Positions 14,148-27,039 of a DNA stretch of 64,000 nt are shown here, in pieces. Under the pieces are notes generated by a model. That model was given only the letters and a program-made list of their open reading frames with translations, ran no database searches and had not been told where the DNA came from. A program made the translations under genes and the position numbers. Position 1 is the first letter of the stretch; each line of letters begins with the position of its first letter. Origin of the DNA: Eledone cirrhosa (taxonomy: Eukaryota); assembly GCA_964016885.1 (NCBI GenBank), contig OZ024763.1:17298001-17362000 (forward strand). Direction: 5' to 3'.

Positions 14148-14406
14148 CATTGGGCATCTATTGAAATACACTCTCTTCATTTCTCTCTGCCTTCGCAAGC
14201 CTTCCTCATTCACTGCCTTTGTCTCACTACCACACAACATGGCACTTCATACTCAGGCATCATACAGCCAGCCTTTTTTTTTTTTTTGTAAGGTGAAACC
14301 TTTTGTTGTCATCAGAGGAAGCTGCTCGATACAGAGTACTTATAACCTCTAGCTGGATTACCTTAAATGATATCTTGTTATCCAATATATATATATATAT
14401 ATATAT

Positions 14407-14690
14407 ATTGTTATACTCTGGGAGGGTCATGTTGCCAATAAGAAACACACGCACCAGTTGCTTTCACTCCAATTTATTATAAATTTAAAAAATTAAAAAA
14501 AAATTTTGTTTTATTTTTTTTTTAAATTTATAAATTTCCGGTTGGTTGGTTGGTTCCACAACCGGACGGTTGTTCATATATTGTCAAAGTTCTTTCGTCA
14601 CACAGTCTGTGACCTCTTCAGTGACTGGGGATTTTTTTCTTTGTTTTGTGCCTCTCCTTTGTTCTGTCCTACACCATCTTGTTTTTTCTT
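14407..14690 (-). mobile_element. Penelope-like element 3' end (family H) with hammerhead motif at 14583-14625
   Basis: Same sequence as the UTR downstream of the GIY-YIG fragment at 39518-40103; minus strand guca CUGAAGA g gucaca...ugugac GAAA gaac UU ugac. Confidence 0.75.
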
Positions 14691-15256
14691 ATATATATAT
14701 AACGAAGGAAGTGTGGTGAGGAACCAGATGGACCATAACGCACCAGAGTACTCAATACTTTATATATATATAAAGTTAAGAAAATTTACAGAGAGGACAA
14801 AACAATGAATGGAAACAAAATGAAAAACAATTTTTTAAGGGGAAACCTTAAAAATATATTTTTTTTAGAATAAAAATACAAACGAAGGATACAGAACTCC
14901 AGAGTCATCAGCTATTGAGATGGACTTTGGCAGTTTTTCGACCCCCTACCAATGGTACTGTTGGTGCACCCAGGGTCACAGTGTCCGACACAAGTCAAAC
15001 GCTGTCCAGTGGAGTAAGAGATGAGAAACAAAAGATTAATTTACAACAATTAAGCTACAAGTCCACAGTATTTTGTGTGACGTCAGGTGATTTTCGTAAT
15101 AAATATCCAAAGTTGGTAGAGTACTCAATAAGGGACAAGTTGTGTTAAATACAATTTTTTTTATTACATCAAAAGTACATTTTTCGAATACACGTTTCAC
15201 TGAGAGTGTCTAACAGACCCTCCATACCCTTAGTTCAACCATCTTACAATGTTTAA

Positions 15257-15677
15257 CCCTTTAGCATTGACATTATTCTATATTTACAAGGGTGGTGGAT
15301 TGGCATTATCGATAGAGGGTCGGACACCATGCTTTCCAGTATAGAGTTACGTCCCTTTACGGTCTGAGTTCAAATCCCGCCGAGGTTAACTTTGCCTTTC
15401 ATCCTTATGGGGTCGATAACATAAAGTACCAGTAACGCACTGGGATAATTGCTGGCCTTGTGCCTAAAGTAGAAACAATTATTCTATATTTACTATTGTA
15501 TTTTCACAATAAGGGCTTTATCCCACATAATTATCTCACATAATATCAAATTTATAAGATTTTGATATTATTTATTTTGAGAAAAATACCTTAAATGATT
15601 GTCCAGTTACGACTGGTTTGAACAGAAAGCTGGTGGGAGAATTCTGACTGAGTATGACCGGTTTAAATGCTAAAGGG
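15257..15677. mobile_element. TTAA MITE containing a full tRNA-SINE (15288-15477, +) with a 16-bp TSD
   Basis: ttaa|ccctttagcatt ... aatgctaaaggg|ttaa; TSD attattctatatttac at 15272-15287 and 15478-15493. Confidence 0.85.
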
Positions 15678-16328
15678 TTAAAATACTTTAGCAATTAAAT
15701 AAAACAAAAACAAACACTAACTGAATGAGCACTCAATACCGGTTAGTAGAGTGTAGAGAGACATGTTTTTTAATTAGAAAACTGGCAGTGACTTCAAAGC
15801 TCCAGCTTGGCCACTTCTAAATCACTGATTGCCATCTTTAAAAAAAAAAAAGGGGGGGGGGATAGATTGTTACAATGGTGTCGAGGAAATAGAAAAATAG
15901 AAAGAGGGGACGGTTAAAGTTAAAAGCAAGAACGCCTTTCATTTCATCATAAGTCTGCCGCTGTTGCTGTCCACTTGGGCTTCAGGTCAATTGAAAATGA
16001 TGGAGTATTGATGAAGTAGTCTGGCACAGATGTTTATGTTTTTGAAGGTAGCAGAGGGGGTAGACTACGGTTCAGTTCATTATGATACCCACAGTGAGGG
16101 GGAGGGAGGGAGCAGGGGTCACTGACAGATGTGGGCTGTGTTATGAAAGTCAGAAATTAGGTACTAACTACTGGTCTTATATATATGTACAGACACTTTG
16201 ATGATAGAAATAGCTGGTCATTTCGTGTTGTTTTGTTGTAGTTGTTGTTTTGTTGTAGTTGTTGTTGTTTTTTTGTGTGTCTTTTCTTTTTCTTTTCCTT
16301 TGGCCATTCTTTCAATTCATTGTGTGTT

Positions 16329-16367
<39 letters not shown>

Positions 16368-16399
16368 TTCAACTTACTATATATATATATGTGTGTATA

Positions 16400-16431
<32 letters not shown>

Positions 16432-16751
16432 CACAAACATATATATATATATACACACACATATATATATATATATATTTCAACTTACTATATATATATA
16501 TATGTGTGTATATATATGTGTATATATATGTGTATATATATATATACACATATATATATATATATATACACACACACATATATATATATATATAGTAAGT
16601 TGAAATATATATATGTCTGTTATATATATTCATATGTATATGTATATATGTTCGTGTGTGTGTATTTATATATATATATATATATAGTAAATTGGAATAT
16701 ATGTATGACTGTTTATGTATATGCATATATATGTATATGTATATATATATC

Positions 16752-16782
<31 letters not shown>

Positions 16783-16838
16783 GACTGTTTATGTTATGCA
16801 TATATATGTATATGTATATATATATGTGTATATATATC

Positions 16839-16873
<35 letters not shown>

Positions 16874-17736
16874 GACAGTTTATGTATATGCATATATATG
16901 TATATGTATATATATATATCTGTGTGTATGTGTGTGTATATATATATATATGACTGTTTATGTTATGCATATATGTATTTATATATATATATGTGTGTGT
17001 GTGTGTATATATATACACACACACACACACACACATGTACATTCACAGCATGTGTCTCTACATCCACTATTCACACATCAAATGCAGACAACAGTGGTGG
17101 TGTGTGTATGTGAGTTCAGCAGTGGTGTGTGTGTGTATGTGTTCAGCAGTGGTGGTGTGTGTGTGTGTTTGGTGGTGGTGGTGTGTGTGTTCGGCGATGG
17201 TGGTGTGTGTATGTGTTCAGCGATGGTAGTGTGTGTGTGTGTTTAGCAGTGGTGGTGTGTGTGTGTGTTCAGCAGTGGTGGTGTGTGTGTGTGTGTGTGT
17301 GTTTGGTAGTGGTGGCGGTGTGTTTGGTGGTGGTGGTGGTAGCTTAACCTAGCCTATCCTAGCCATGGCTGAAACTAATAAAAATCTGTCTGTCTGTCTG
17401 TCTACCTTGATGACTCTGCCGATGATAAATTAGTATTTGAATTGTCAATACCTACCAATTAAGGTTTGACGGGCAAAGAGCTATTTTCATTAAGATGGCT
17501 GCTTGCTCTCCTCTGAAGAACCAGTTTGAATTTAGAGTTGAAAGGAAAGTTTTACCATAATTGTAAGCCTGAGCCTGTATATTCCATTCTTTTGTCTTTG
17601 TTCTGTTATTCCATTCCTTGATTGTCTCTATTATATTCCCTGATTCCTGATTCTGCAGACAAAACTAAAGAATTTTAAAATTTCACTTGAAAATTATTTC
17701 GAAATTATTTTTGCATTCCTGTGTATTTCTATGAAT

Positions 17737-18461
17737 AGCCGTGTATAGCTATGTATAGCCGTGTATAGCTATGTATAGCCGTGTATAGCTATGTATAGCT
17801 GTGTATAGCCGTGTACAGCCGTGTATAGCTGTGTATAGCTGTGTATAGCTATGTATAGCTATGTATAGCTGTGTATAGCTATGTATAGCCGTGTATAGCT
17901 ATGTATAGCTATGTATAGCTGTGTATAGCTGTGTATAGCCGTGTATAGCTATGTATAGCCGTGTATAGCTATGTATAGCTGTGTATAGCCGTGTATAGCC
18001 GTGTATAGCTGTGTATAGCCATGTATAGCTATGTATAGCTATGTATAGCTATGTATAGCCGTGTATAGCTATGTATAGCTATGTATAGCCGTGTATAGCT
18101 ATGTATAGCCATGTATAGCTATGTATAGCTGTGTATAACTATGTATAGCCGTGTATAGCTATGTATTTCTATGTATAGCCGTGTATAGCTATGTATAGCT
18201 GTGTATAGCCGTGTATAGCTGTGTATAGCTATGTATAGCTATGTATAGCCGTGTATAGCTATGTATAGCTATGTATAGCCGTGTATAGCTGTGTATAGCC
18301 GTGTATAACTATGTATAGCCGTGTATAGCTATGTATTTCTATGTATAGCCGTGTATAGCTATGTATAGCCGTGTATAGCTATGTATAGCCGTGTATAGCT
18401 GTGTATAGCTATGTATATCTATGTATAGCCGTGTATAGCTGTGTATAGCCGTGTATAGCTA
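17737..18461. repeat. 10-bp minisatellite (RTGTATAGCY), about 72 copies
   Basis: Direct periodicity gtgtatagct/atgtatagcc. Confidence 0.95.
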
Positions 18462-19155
18462 TGTGTATATTATATCATACATCAGTGTATGTGTGTGTAT
18501 GTGTGTGTTAGTGTGTATGTGTGTAGGTTTGTGTTAGTGTGTATGTGTGTGGGTTTGTGTGTGTATGTAGATGTTTTTGTGTGCATGTGTATGTGTGTGT
18601 TTGTGTATGTATGTGTGAGTTTGTGTGTGTTTGTGTGTATGTGTTTGTGTCTGCTTGTGTTTGTGTATGTATGTGTGAGTTTGTGTTTGTGTGTGCTTGT
18701 GTTTGTGTGTGCTTGTATGTGTTTGTGTGTGCTTGTCTTTGTATGAATGTGTATGTATTTCTCTATATGTTTGTGTGTTCTCTGTATGTATGTGTGTATG
18801 TAAATTGCACGTGTGTGAGTTTGTGTCTGTGCATGTACGCGGATCTCTCTCTTTCATATCATCGTTTTAACATTTGCTTTCCTTGCTAGAATGGGTTGGA
18901 CTTAGGGGTCTGTGTGTGTGGGGGTGGCGGGTGGGGTGTGGGGGGGGGGGGGGGGGGGTAGATACCCAAATTGTGTTGGGGTGGTAACCACAGTTCAAAA
19001 AGGTGCTCAATACATTGGTAGAGTGTAGGTCTTTTTTCATTTTATATAGAACTTCTACAGGAACTATTACTTCTAAAGGACTAGAACTTTTTCATTCGTA
19101 TGATGATTTTATAGGAATGAAACAGTTTTAGTCATGTAGAAGTAATTTCTCTCTC

Positions 19156-19208
<53 letters not shown>

Positions 19209-19210
19209 TA

Positions 19211-19574
19211 ATATTTTATTATACATATTTCAGAGGTACTGAGCTATTTCAACAGTACGTCCTCATCAGATAAAATAAGTTGATGCCTGACATACCTTGA
19301 CTATGTTGATTGTTATAATTCAGTCATGGCAGTATAACCATCAACATAGTCAAGGTATGTCAGGCATCAACTTATTTTATCTGATGAGGACGTACTGTTG
19401 AAATAGCTCAGTACCTCTGAAATATGTATAATAAAATATATTTGATCCCATGAATGTCTATATTTATTAATATTCTGAAGTAATATTAATAACTCCAGAA
19501 AACCTCACTGTAGAGTGCTTCTAATCTATTGTGAAACTTTATTCATTGATTAATTCATTGAAACTTGTTAAACA

Positions 19575-19580
<6 letters not shown>
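19211..19580 (+). mobile_element. Family-B hammerhead element with fold-back arms 19211-19317 / 19333-19439
   Basis: About 107-bp inverted arms with a 15-nt loop; the 3' part (actccagaaaacctcactgtagagtgct...aacatttaat) ends in (TA)n. Confidence 0.8.
19373..19438 (+). ncRNA. Minimal type-I hammerhead ribozyme motif (family B)
   Basis: uauuuuau CUGAUGA ggacguacug...caguaccucu GAAA uauguaU A auaaaaua: 8-bp helix I, ~9-bp helix II, self-complementary helix III, AUA cleavage triplet. Confidence 0.8.
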
Positions 19581-19607
<27 letters not shown>

Positions 19608-19608
<1 letters not shown>

Positions 19609-19803
19609 ATGAAGGAGGTGTGGTAAGGAACCATATGGACCATAATGCACCAGAGTACTCAATACTTAGGGTAGTAGAGTGGGTAATAGGAAAATGTTTA
19701 ACCCCGATGGCAGAGTTCAACCCGTTTCTACGGCTATTTCTGGACCCAGAAATAGCCGTCGAAACGGCTTGAGCTCTGCCGTCGGGGTTAAACATTTTCC
19801 TAT
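19608..19803 (-). mobile_element. Family-D fold-back element (hairpin 19686-19803)
   Basis: ataggaaaatgtttaaccccg...tttctgg / ccagaaatag...cggggttaaacattttcctat; homologous to 14701, 45663 and 63783. Confidence 0.75.
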
Positions 19804-19845
19804 ATATATGTTTATATGTTTTTATATATACATATATATATATAT

Positions 19846-19888
<43 letters not shown>

Positions 19889-20229
19889 TCATCATCATCA
19901 TTTCATTTTACTTCCGCTTTTTCCCTGCTTGCAAGGGTGGGACGGGAACTGATACTGGCTTGATTTCTACAGCTGGATGCCCTTCCTAACACCAACCTCA
20001 TTTACAGTGAGTGCTGGGTGCTTTTTTGTGGTGGCACCTCCACGACCACTTTACAGTGGAATGATATGGACCCCAGTCCCTATCATCTCATTTCTATAGC
20101 TGAGTAAACTGGAGTAATGTGAAATAAAGTGTCTTGCTCAAGGAAACAACACATCACCCGGTCTGAGAATTGAACTCACAATCTTTTGATTGCAAGGTCA
20201 ATGCTCTAACCACTAAGCCATGTGCCTCC
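19889..20229 (-). mobile_element. Composite tRNA-head/CORE-like SINE with RTE-type tail, full length
   Basis: Reverse complement of the copy at 26385-26721. Confidence 0.85.
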
Positions 20230-20234
20230 ATGTT

Positions 20235-20279
<45 letters not shown>

Positions 20280-20286
20280 CGAAGGA

Positions 20287-20587
20287 GGTATAAGAGGGAT
20301 AAGCTGTGGTGTGCAGGAGAGAAGGCTGAGATGGTATGGACATGTGATGCGCATGGAGGACGACCGATGGGTGAAGAAGTGCCATGAAATCCCAGTGGGG
20401 GGAAGACGCAGTAGAGGAAGACCACGAAAAACATGGGCGGAGGTGGTGAGAGCTGACCTCAGATCGCTGAAGCTCACGGAGGAGATGACGAAGGACCGTG
20501 ACAAGTGGAGAGATGCTGTGCTTGAATAGGACCTGTCCCACCCTTGCAAGCAGGGAAAAGCGAATGTAAAATGATGATGATGATGAT
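20287..20587 (+). mobile_element. RTE LINE 3' fragment
   Basis: GIRGISCGVQERRLRWYGHVMRMEDDRWVKKC...GRPRKTW; (GAT)n tail. Confidence 0.9.
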
Positions 20588-20619
20588 TATATATATATAT
20601 ATATAGAGAGAGAGAGACA

Positions 20620-20663
<44 letters not shown>

Positions 20664-20664
<1 letters not shown>

Positions 20665-21027
20665 GAGGTTATATTTAATTTGTTGGGATACAACAAGCAA
20701 AATATTTTTATAACTGATATAAAGCACTCAACAAATTATTGGAGTAAATATACAATATATTAACAAATGGAAACTATATTTATAAAACCATATTTATTTC
20801 ATTATACATATTTCAAGGGCCACCAAAGCAGATTATGGTGCGCTTTCATCAGATAAAATATAATGTGAAGGTTGCATTTTTTCAGGGTATGTCAATATTT
20901 ATTTATAAAACTAATCTATATTATATTTTATCTGATGAAAGCGCACCATAATCTGCTTTGGTGGCCCTTGAAATATGTATAATGAAATAAATATGGTTTT
21001 ATAAATATAGTTTCCATTTGTTAATAT

Positions 21028-21034
<7 letters not shown>
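20664..21034. mobile_element. Family-B fold-back element with hammerhead motifs at 20924-20989 (+) and 20795-20860 (-)
   Basis: Inverted arms at ~20750-20863 / 20921-21034; uauuuuau CUGAUGA aagcgcacca...ugguggcccuu GAAA uauguaU A augaaaua. Confidence 0.8.
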
Positions 21035-21080
<46 letters not shown>

Positions 21081-21081
21081 A

Positions 21082-21132
<51 letters not shown>

Positions 21133-21552
21133 TATTACTATATGTGTGTGAGTGTACAAGTAGACCATACTGGTATTACCATTCCTGGTGACTCACAAAA
21201 TATTGATTCCCCTCTTTTTTTTTTTTCGGCTTATCTTTTATTTATTTTTTAATGACTTGTTTCATATGTTTGGTGTATATATATATATGTGTGTGTGTGT
21301 GTGTATATATATATGTTTGGTGTATAAATTGGCAAGGAGGGATATATAGTCAATATCTCCCCCAGAACAGACTTACTGCTACTTTGGTGCCTGCTGCAAT
21401 AGAAACTTTCTGATAGTACTTACTACATTTCCATTTATATATTTATATGTGTGTATATATATATGTGTGTGTGTGTATATATGTGTATATGTGTGTGTAT
21501 ATATATGTATATATATATATATATATGTGTGTGTGTATATATATATATATAT

Positions 21553-21586
<34 letters not shown>

Positions 21587-21588
<2 letters not shown>

Positions 21589-21751
21589 GGGCGGAGGTGG
21601 TGAGAACAGACCTCAGATCATTGAAGCTCACGGTGGAGATGACGAGGGACCGTGACGAGTGGAGAGATGCTGTGCTGAATAAGACCCGTCCCACCCTTGC
21701 AAGCAGGGAAAAGCGGACGTAAAATGATGATGATGATGATGATGATGATGA
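21587..21751 (+). mobile_element. RTE LINE 3' fragment
   Basis: [35 protein letters not shown]; (GAT)n tail. Confidence 0.85.
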
Positions 21752-21803
21752 TATATATGTGCGTGTGTGTATATATATAAGTATATGTGTATGTGTGTAT
21801 ATA

Positions 21804-21894
<91 letters not shown>

Positions 21895-21917
21895 ATATAT
21901 ATGTGTGTGTGTATATA

Positions 21918-21964
<47 letters not shown>

Positions 21965-21967
<3 letters not shown>

Positions 21968-22068
21968 GACAGTCGATCAACTTTCGTCAAATTGGACTGA
22001 GGAAACAATGTTTCCATTGGTCTTTCTAATTGCTAATACTGTCTATCGGTCGCAACTCCAGGTAGAAA
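21965..22068 (+). mobile_element. Short unclassified interspersed repeat in (TA)n (also 62128-62222 and reverse at 42323-42373)
   Basis: Shared ggactgaggaaacaatgtttcc...gcaactccaggtagaa. Confidence 0.6.
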
Positions 22069-22235
22069 TATATATTTATGTATATATATGTGTGTGTGTG
22101 TGTATGTATATATTTATATATATATGTGTGTGTGTGTGTATATATAATTATATATGTGTCTGTGTGTGTATATATATTTATATATATATATGTGTGTGTG
22201 TGTGTATATATATTTATATATATGTGTGTGTGTGG

Positions 22236-22273
<38 letters not shown>

Positions 22274-22346
22274 ATGTGTGTATATATTTATATATATATA
22301 TGTGTGTGTGTGTGTATAAATATATTTATATATATATATATGTGTA

Positions 22347-22423
<77 letters not shown>

Positions 22424-22919
22424 TTATATATATATCTGTGTGTGTATATATATATTTATCATCATCATCACTGTTTAATTAATTACAACAGTGACAGATA
22501 CAAGTACTTAAGTTTCATAGGGTTATGCACCCCAACTCATTCAGCCTGTTATATAAATAAAGATGGCTGCCTCCACAAAAGTTTTTAGAAGTTTCTAGAA
22601 AATATACTTAACTTGTCCTATGGACTGAATGGTCATTTGATGAAACAAATGAGGTTAGGTGACAAAGCCTTGCTCATACAGACTTGTATTTTGGCTTGGT
22701 TTCTACAGCTGGATGTCCTTCCTAATGTCAACCACATTACATGGTGAACTGGGTGCTTTCTTTGTGTCACCAGCACGACTGGATTCATTTTTTTTTTGTC
22801 ATCAACACAACCTTATTACAGTGTTGAATGGGAGCCTGTTTTGTCATCAAAATAAACATGATTAGTTCTGTAAACCCACCTAAAATAAGCAAAAGGCAAA
22901 AAAAAATTTTTTTAAATTA

Positions 22920-23125
22920 CAGTAAATACTCAAATATAAGCCGACCCCACAATCTTTTGTCTGAGAAATGGGTAAAAATCCACACATTATTTATGTAGAA
23001 TTTGACATTGGTGAAAATTGTCAAAATATTAACCCCAAATATAATGCGACCCCCCCTCTACCTGCTGTCATCGATTTTATATTTTTGGTCACATATTCCT
23101 TGTCTTATAATCTAGTATATAACAG
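22920..23125. mobile_element. Degenerate pogo/Tigger-type MITE
   Basis: TA|cagtaaatactcaaatataagcc ... gtcttataatctagtatataacag|TA imperfect TIRs; internal repeat aaatataa-gcgacccc. Confidence 0.55.
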
Positions 23126-23447
23126 TAGTTTGTTTGCAAAAGTAACTTTATTAAACTAATGTGATAAAAACTATACAATCTAAATAGCAATAAAGAAACA
23201 ATAAAAGAAAAAGAAAAAAATATAAGATAGCAATTAAACAACGAAACAAAGTGGTGGAGGGGAGTGACTGATTCTATTTTGTATGAACTAATTTATTTCT
23301 ATTGTGTACTGAAAATTCGAGTGTTTATATTTTAGATAACATTAGGTGCAGTTTCAAATTTTTTATTGTTATTTTCCATCTAGCTATCTATCTATTCATC
23401 TATCTATCTATCCAACCAACCAACCAACCATCCATCCATCCATCCAT

Positions 23448-24479
23448 TCACCCACCCTTTCCTCTAACTCTCACCACCGCTGGAAGTCTTCTAGGAAAGT
23501 CTTCGATGACTGCACGAACAGTTTCCATGGGTATTTTCTCCCATACTTTATTCAGTTTTGATTTTAGAGTTTCAATATTTTGGCTAGGAGTAGAGCAGGT
23601 TTCACTCTCAAGAATTGACAATAAAGAAAAATCGAGAGGGTTGAGATCTGGTGATGTGGGAGGCCACTCTTCCTTACTGATCCATGCCGGACAATGGTCT
23701 CTACACCACTGTTGTGTTATGCAAGCAGTGTGGCTCGTCGCTCCATCTTGTTGGAGAGTCCAAATGTCATCGCCATAAACAGATATGCACCATGGCATCA
23801 GTGCTCCTTCCAAAATATCCTTTATGCAAAGTTCTTTGTTAATTTTAACTCCTTGAGGCACAAAAATCAGAGGAGACTTACCTCTTTCAGAAATGGCTGC
23901 CCAAATCATCACTGATGCTGGTTTCTGTGTTCTGAACACTTTTCCTACACTTGAAGGAATTGATTTGAGACTTTTTGCAAGTACTCGATCACTTTGATGA
24001 TTGTGAGACTGCTGCACAGTGAATAATTTCTCATCTGTAAAGATGATGTTTTGCAGCGTGCCATCCTTGATACAGTTCAATAACAGTTTACTTCTGGAGA
24101 GCCTCTTTTCAATTGTGGCTGCAGAAAGAAGCTCCCTCTTTTGGAACTTATAGGGTGACATCCCCAGATCATTTCGACATATCCTCCGCATAGTTCTCGG
24201 CGATGTTTCTGTTTCTTCTGCCATTTTTCTCATGGACCATCTTGGACTACGCCTTATGTTTTCCCTCACACTTTTAACGAGTTTTGGTGTTCTTGAGGTG
24301 CGAGGGCGTCTGGATCGAGGTCTGTCTTTGATCGAGGAAGTTTCCTTAAATCGATCGATTGTCCTTTTGATCAAGATTCTATTGATCTTAAGAATTTTCC
24401 CCAGTTTAAATATCTCGGGTGGAGTCAGGCCTTTTTCATGCTTCTCTACTATGAACTTTCTTTTCAATTCTATGGACAT
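23448..24479 (-). CDS. Tc1/mariner transposase, DD37D (maT) family, 343 aa
   Basis: N-terminal HTH with a DRPRSRRPR (GRPR-like) linker; catalytic FTDEK, QQDGATSH, WPPTSPDLNPLDF, with 37 residues counted between D2 and D3. Confidence 0.92.
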   Translation of the reverse strand: MSIELKRKFIVEKHEKGLTPPEIFKLGKILKINRILIKRTIDRFKETSSIKDRPRSRRPRTSRTPKLVKSVRENIRRSPRWSMRKMAEETETSPRTMRRICRNDLGMSPYKFQKRELLSAATIEKRLSRSKLLLNCIKDGTLQNIIFTDEKLFTVQQSHNHQSDRVLAKSLKSIPSSVGKVFRTQKPASVMIWAAISERGKSPLIFVPQGVKINKELCIKDILEGALMPWCISVYGDDIWTLQQDGATSHTACITQQWCRDHCPAWISKEEWPPTSPDLNPLDFSLLSILESETCSTPSQNIETLKSKLNKVWEKIPMETVRAVIEDFPRRLPAVVRVRGKGG

Positions 24480-24626
24480 TGCAAATTGTTAATGGCGTAA
24501 TGTTCTGAAAAATAGTTAATATGGTTATAGTGCATGGATTTGATACAAATATATTGGTTATATTAGCAATATAATGTATTTTTAAATTGATTTAAAACTT
24601 TGTAACAGGAATTATGCCCCACCCTG
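23448..24626 (-). mobile_element. maT (DD37D) DNA transposon lacking its 3' TIR
   Basis: 5' terminus TA|CAGGGTGGGGCATAATTCCTGTTACA at 24626; the ORF end runs into a (CCAT)n tract and no matching TIR is seen. Confidence 0.8.
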
Positions 24627-24637
24627 TATATATATAT

Positions 24638-24639
<2 letters not shown>

Positions 24640-24673
<34 letters not shown>

Positions 24674-24947
24674 GTTTAACGTCCGTGTTCCACGCTTGCA
24701 TGGGTTTGGACGGGAGTTTTCCCACTTGAGGCAAGAGTGGTTGTCTTGCTCGCATAGGACTGTCTGGCGGGTTTTCTACAGTTGGATGCCCTTCCTAACA
24801 CCAACCACATTTACAGTGTGGGGCTGGGAGGTTTTTACCGTGTTGCCTACACGGCCACATTTACAGCGTGGACTGTGTGTTTTTTTGTCGTGACACCTAC
24901 ACGATCTGATTTGTTTCGGCCTGGATTTTGTGGCACCAACATAACTT

Positions 24948-24950
<3 letters not shown>
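24640..24950 (-). mobile_element. RTE long-3'UTR fragment
   Basis: Near-identical to 2730-3027. Confidence 0.85.
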
Positions 24951-24995
<45 letters not shown>

Positions 24996-25249
24996 GTAGG
25001 TAGTATGATGAAATACTGGTGTTGGTACCATATCAAGCACTCTATGCACAGGCAGAGCGTATATAATAGAAAAAAACGAGGAAGTACCGTTTACATATAT
25101 CTGTTGTCGTATCACCAGTCTGAGGAGCAGATCAATACTGGCGTGAGGTCCATAATTCCTATGGGTCACCTTGAGCCAATCTTCTGCGAAACGGGCGTAA
25201 CAGGTCAATACGCAATAAATATTTTTTATATAGAAACGAAACTTCTTTG

Positions 25250-25289
<40 letters not shown>

Positions 25290-25640
25290 GTAATTCCGTC
25301 GGAAAGGTCCAGGAAAAAAGTGTGCTCTATGTAAGTTACAGAGCTTATTTTGGTAAATGAAATAATTATCTTATGTTATGTATTATATAATTAATATATA
25401 TCTATATATATATATATCATCATCATTATCAGGATATATATTGTTGGTACCACATAACATCCAGTCCATACGGTAAATGTAGTTGGCATTAGGAAGGGCA
25501 TCTAGCCATAGAAAACCAGCCAGAAACAGTCTTATATGAGTGAGACACAGTCACCTGACCCAACTTGCCTTTAAATGGGAGAAACCCATTTAACCCATGC
25601 TTGTGTGGAAGATGGGCGTGAAACGATGATGATGAGGATG

Positions 25641-25708
<68 letters not shown>

Positions 25709-25711
<3 letters not shown>

Positions 25712-26091
25712 TGGTACTTTGACTTACGAGTTTAATTCGTTCTGCGCGGGACCTCTTTACTCAAATTACTCGTATGTCAAATCAATTTTGCCCATTGAAA
25801 TGAATTGAATTGTCATTAATCCGTTCCGTGTCCCCAAAAAACACCACATTTTTTTTTTTGTTTTTTGTATCGTGGCTTTAAATAAGAAAAATGTACTTAG
25901 AAATAACGAATATTGTATAAAAAAAAAAAGGCAATACAATAGAATGTACTGCAATAAACTGGTTTTATTAAGTATAAAGTGCCTGGGGTCTGCTGCAGCA
26001 AATCAGCATAAATAGCTCGTGCCTTCTCGCAGATTATGTCCTCCATCACGGTATCTCTTGCGAGTTGGGAGACTCGTAAGTCAAGGTACCA

Positions 26092-26094
<3 letters not shown>
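25709..26094 (-). mobile_element. Tigger-type non-autonomous element with a transposase remnant
   Basis: TA|cagtggtac(t)ttgacttacgag ... ctcgtaagtcaaggtaccactg|TA; the minus strand encodes DTVMEDIICEKARAIYADLLQQTPGT (CENP-B-type HTH region of Tigger transposases). Confidence 0.8.
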
Positions 26095-26146
<52 letters not shown>

Positions 26147-26249
26147 TACATATATATATATACTTTCCCCGAAGAATTTTTCTTCTTTTCTGTCACTGCT
26201 AGCTTTTGTCTCTTCAATTTTTCTGTTTCTTCTTTATTTTCTCATTCTA

Positions 26250-26345
26250 TTTTCTGATGAAGGAATAGTGTCTGAAACGTTAAGACATTTTTCCTACTAT
26301 ATCAAGTGTTAAACTAATATATTTCTTCATTGTACTGTGTTGTTT
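26250..26345 (+). mobile_element. Family-A hammerhead element (motif 26250-26285)
   Basis: uuuu CUGAUGA a ggaa-uagu-gucu GAAA cg U U aaga; helix II partly decayed. Confidence 0.6.
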
Positions 26346-26384
26346 TCTTTGTTATTTCTGTTTACCTTTTGCATATACATATAT

Positions 26385-26721
26385 GGAGGCACATGGCTTA
26401 GTGGTTAGAGCATTGGGCTTGCAATCGAAAGGTTGTGAGTTCAATTCTCAGACTGGGTGATGTGTTGTTTCCTTGAGCAAGACACTTTATTTCACATTGC
26501 TCCAGTTTACTCAGCTGTAGAAATGAGATGATAGGGACTGGGGTCCATATCATTCCACTGCAAAGTGGTTGTGGAGGTGCCACGGCAAAAAAGCACCCAG
26601 CCCTCACTGTAAATGAGGTTGGTGTTAGGAAGGGCATCCAGCTGTAGAAATCAAGCCAGAATCAGTTCCTGTCCCACCCTTGCAAGCAGGGAAAAGTGGA
26701 CGTAAAATGATGATGATGATA
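26385..26721 (+). mobile_element. Composite tRNA-head/CORE-like SINE with RTE-type tail, full length
   Basis: A-box tggcttagtgg, B-box gagttcaattc, ccttgagcaagacacttta core, aggaagggcatccagc block, and a tail cccacccttgcaagcagggaaaagtggacgtaaaatgatg nearly identical to the RTE ends. Confidence 0.88.
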
Positions 26722-27039
26722 TATATAATAGTAATATTAAAGATAGTAAATTTTACTAATTTATTAAGTGTAATTTAGCTCAATGCAATGATAGGATCAT
26801 GCAGAGCTGGTATATAGTTACAATTTGCTTACAAACCAAAAATAAAGAGTTCGGACTCTGATGACACCTATGGTTTATGCTAACTGATAGCAAATTGTTA
26901 AATAAAACAATTTGCTATCTGTCGTATATTACTGTAGGAAGAAACTATTGTCAGTGATTGAATGTCTTGAACTTTTAGTTTTTAAGCAAATTGTATCTTT
27001 CTATCTATCAATACTGTAAATGAATAATTAAAAACCGTA

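Noticed and set aside
24990-25340. 109-aa and 103-aa ORFs in a unique-looking island
   Set aside because: No recognisable motif or splice signals; probably an unclassified TE fragment between (TA)n tracts.
26385-26460. tRNA genes (also 3680, 15288, 42207, 55900)
   Set aside because: A and B boxes are present, but there is no complete cloverleaf and each continues into a SINE body and tail.
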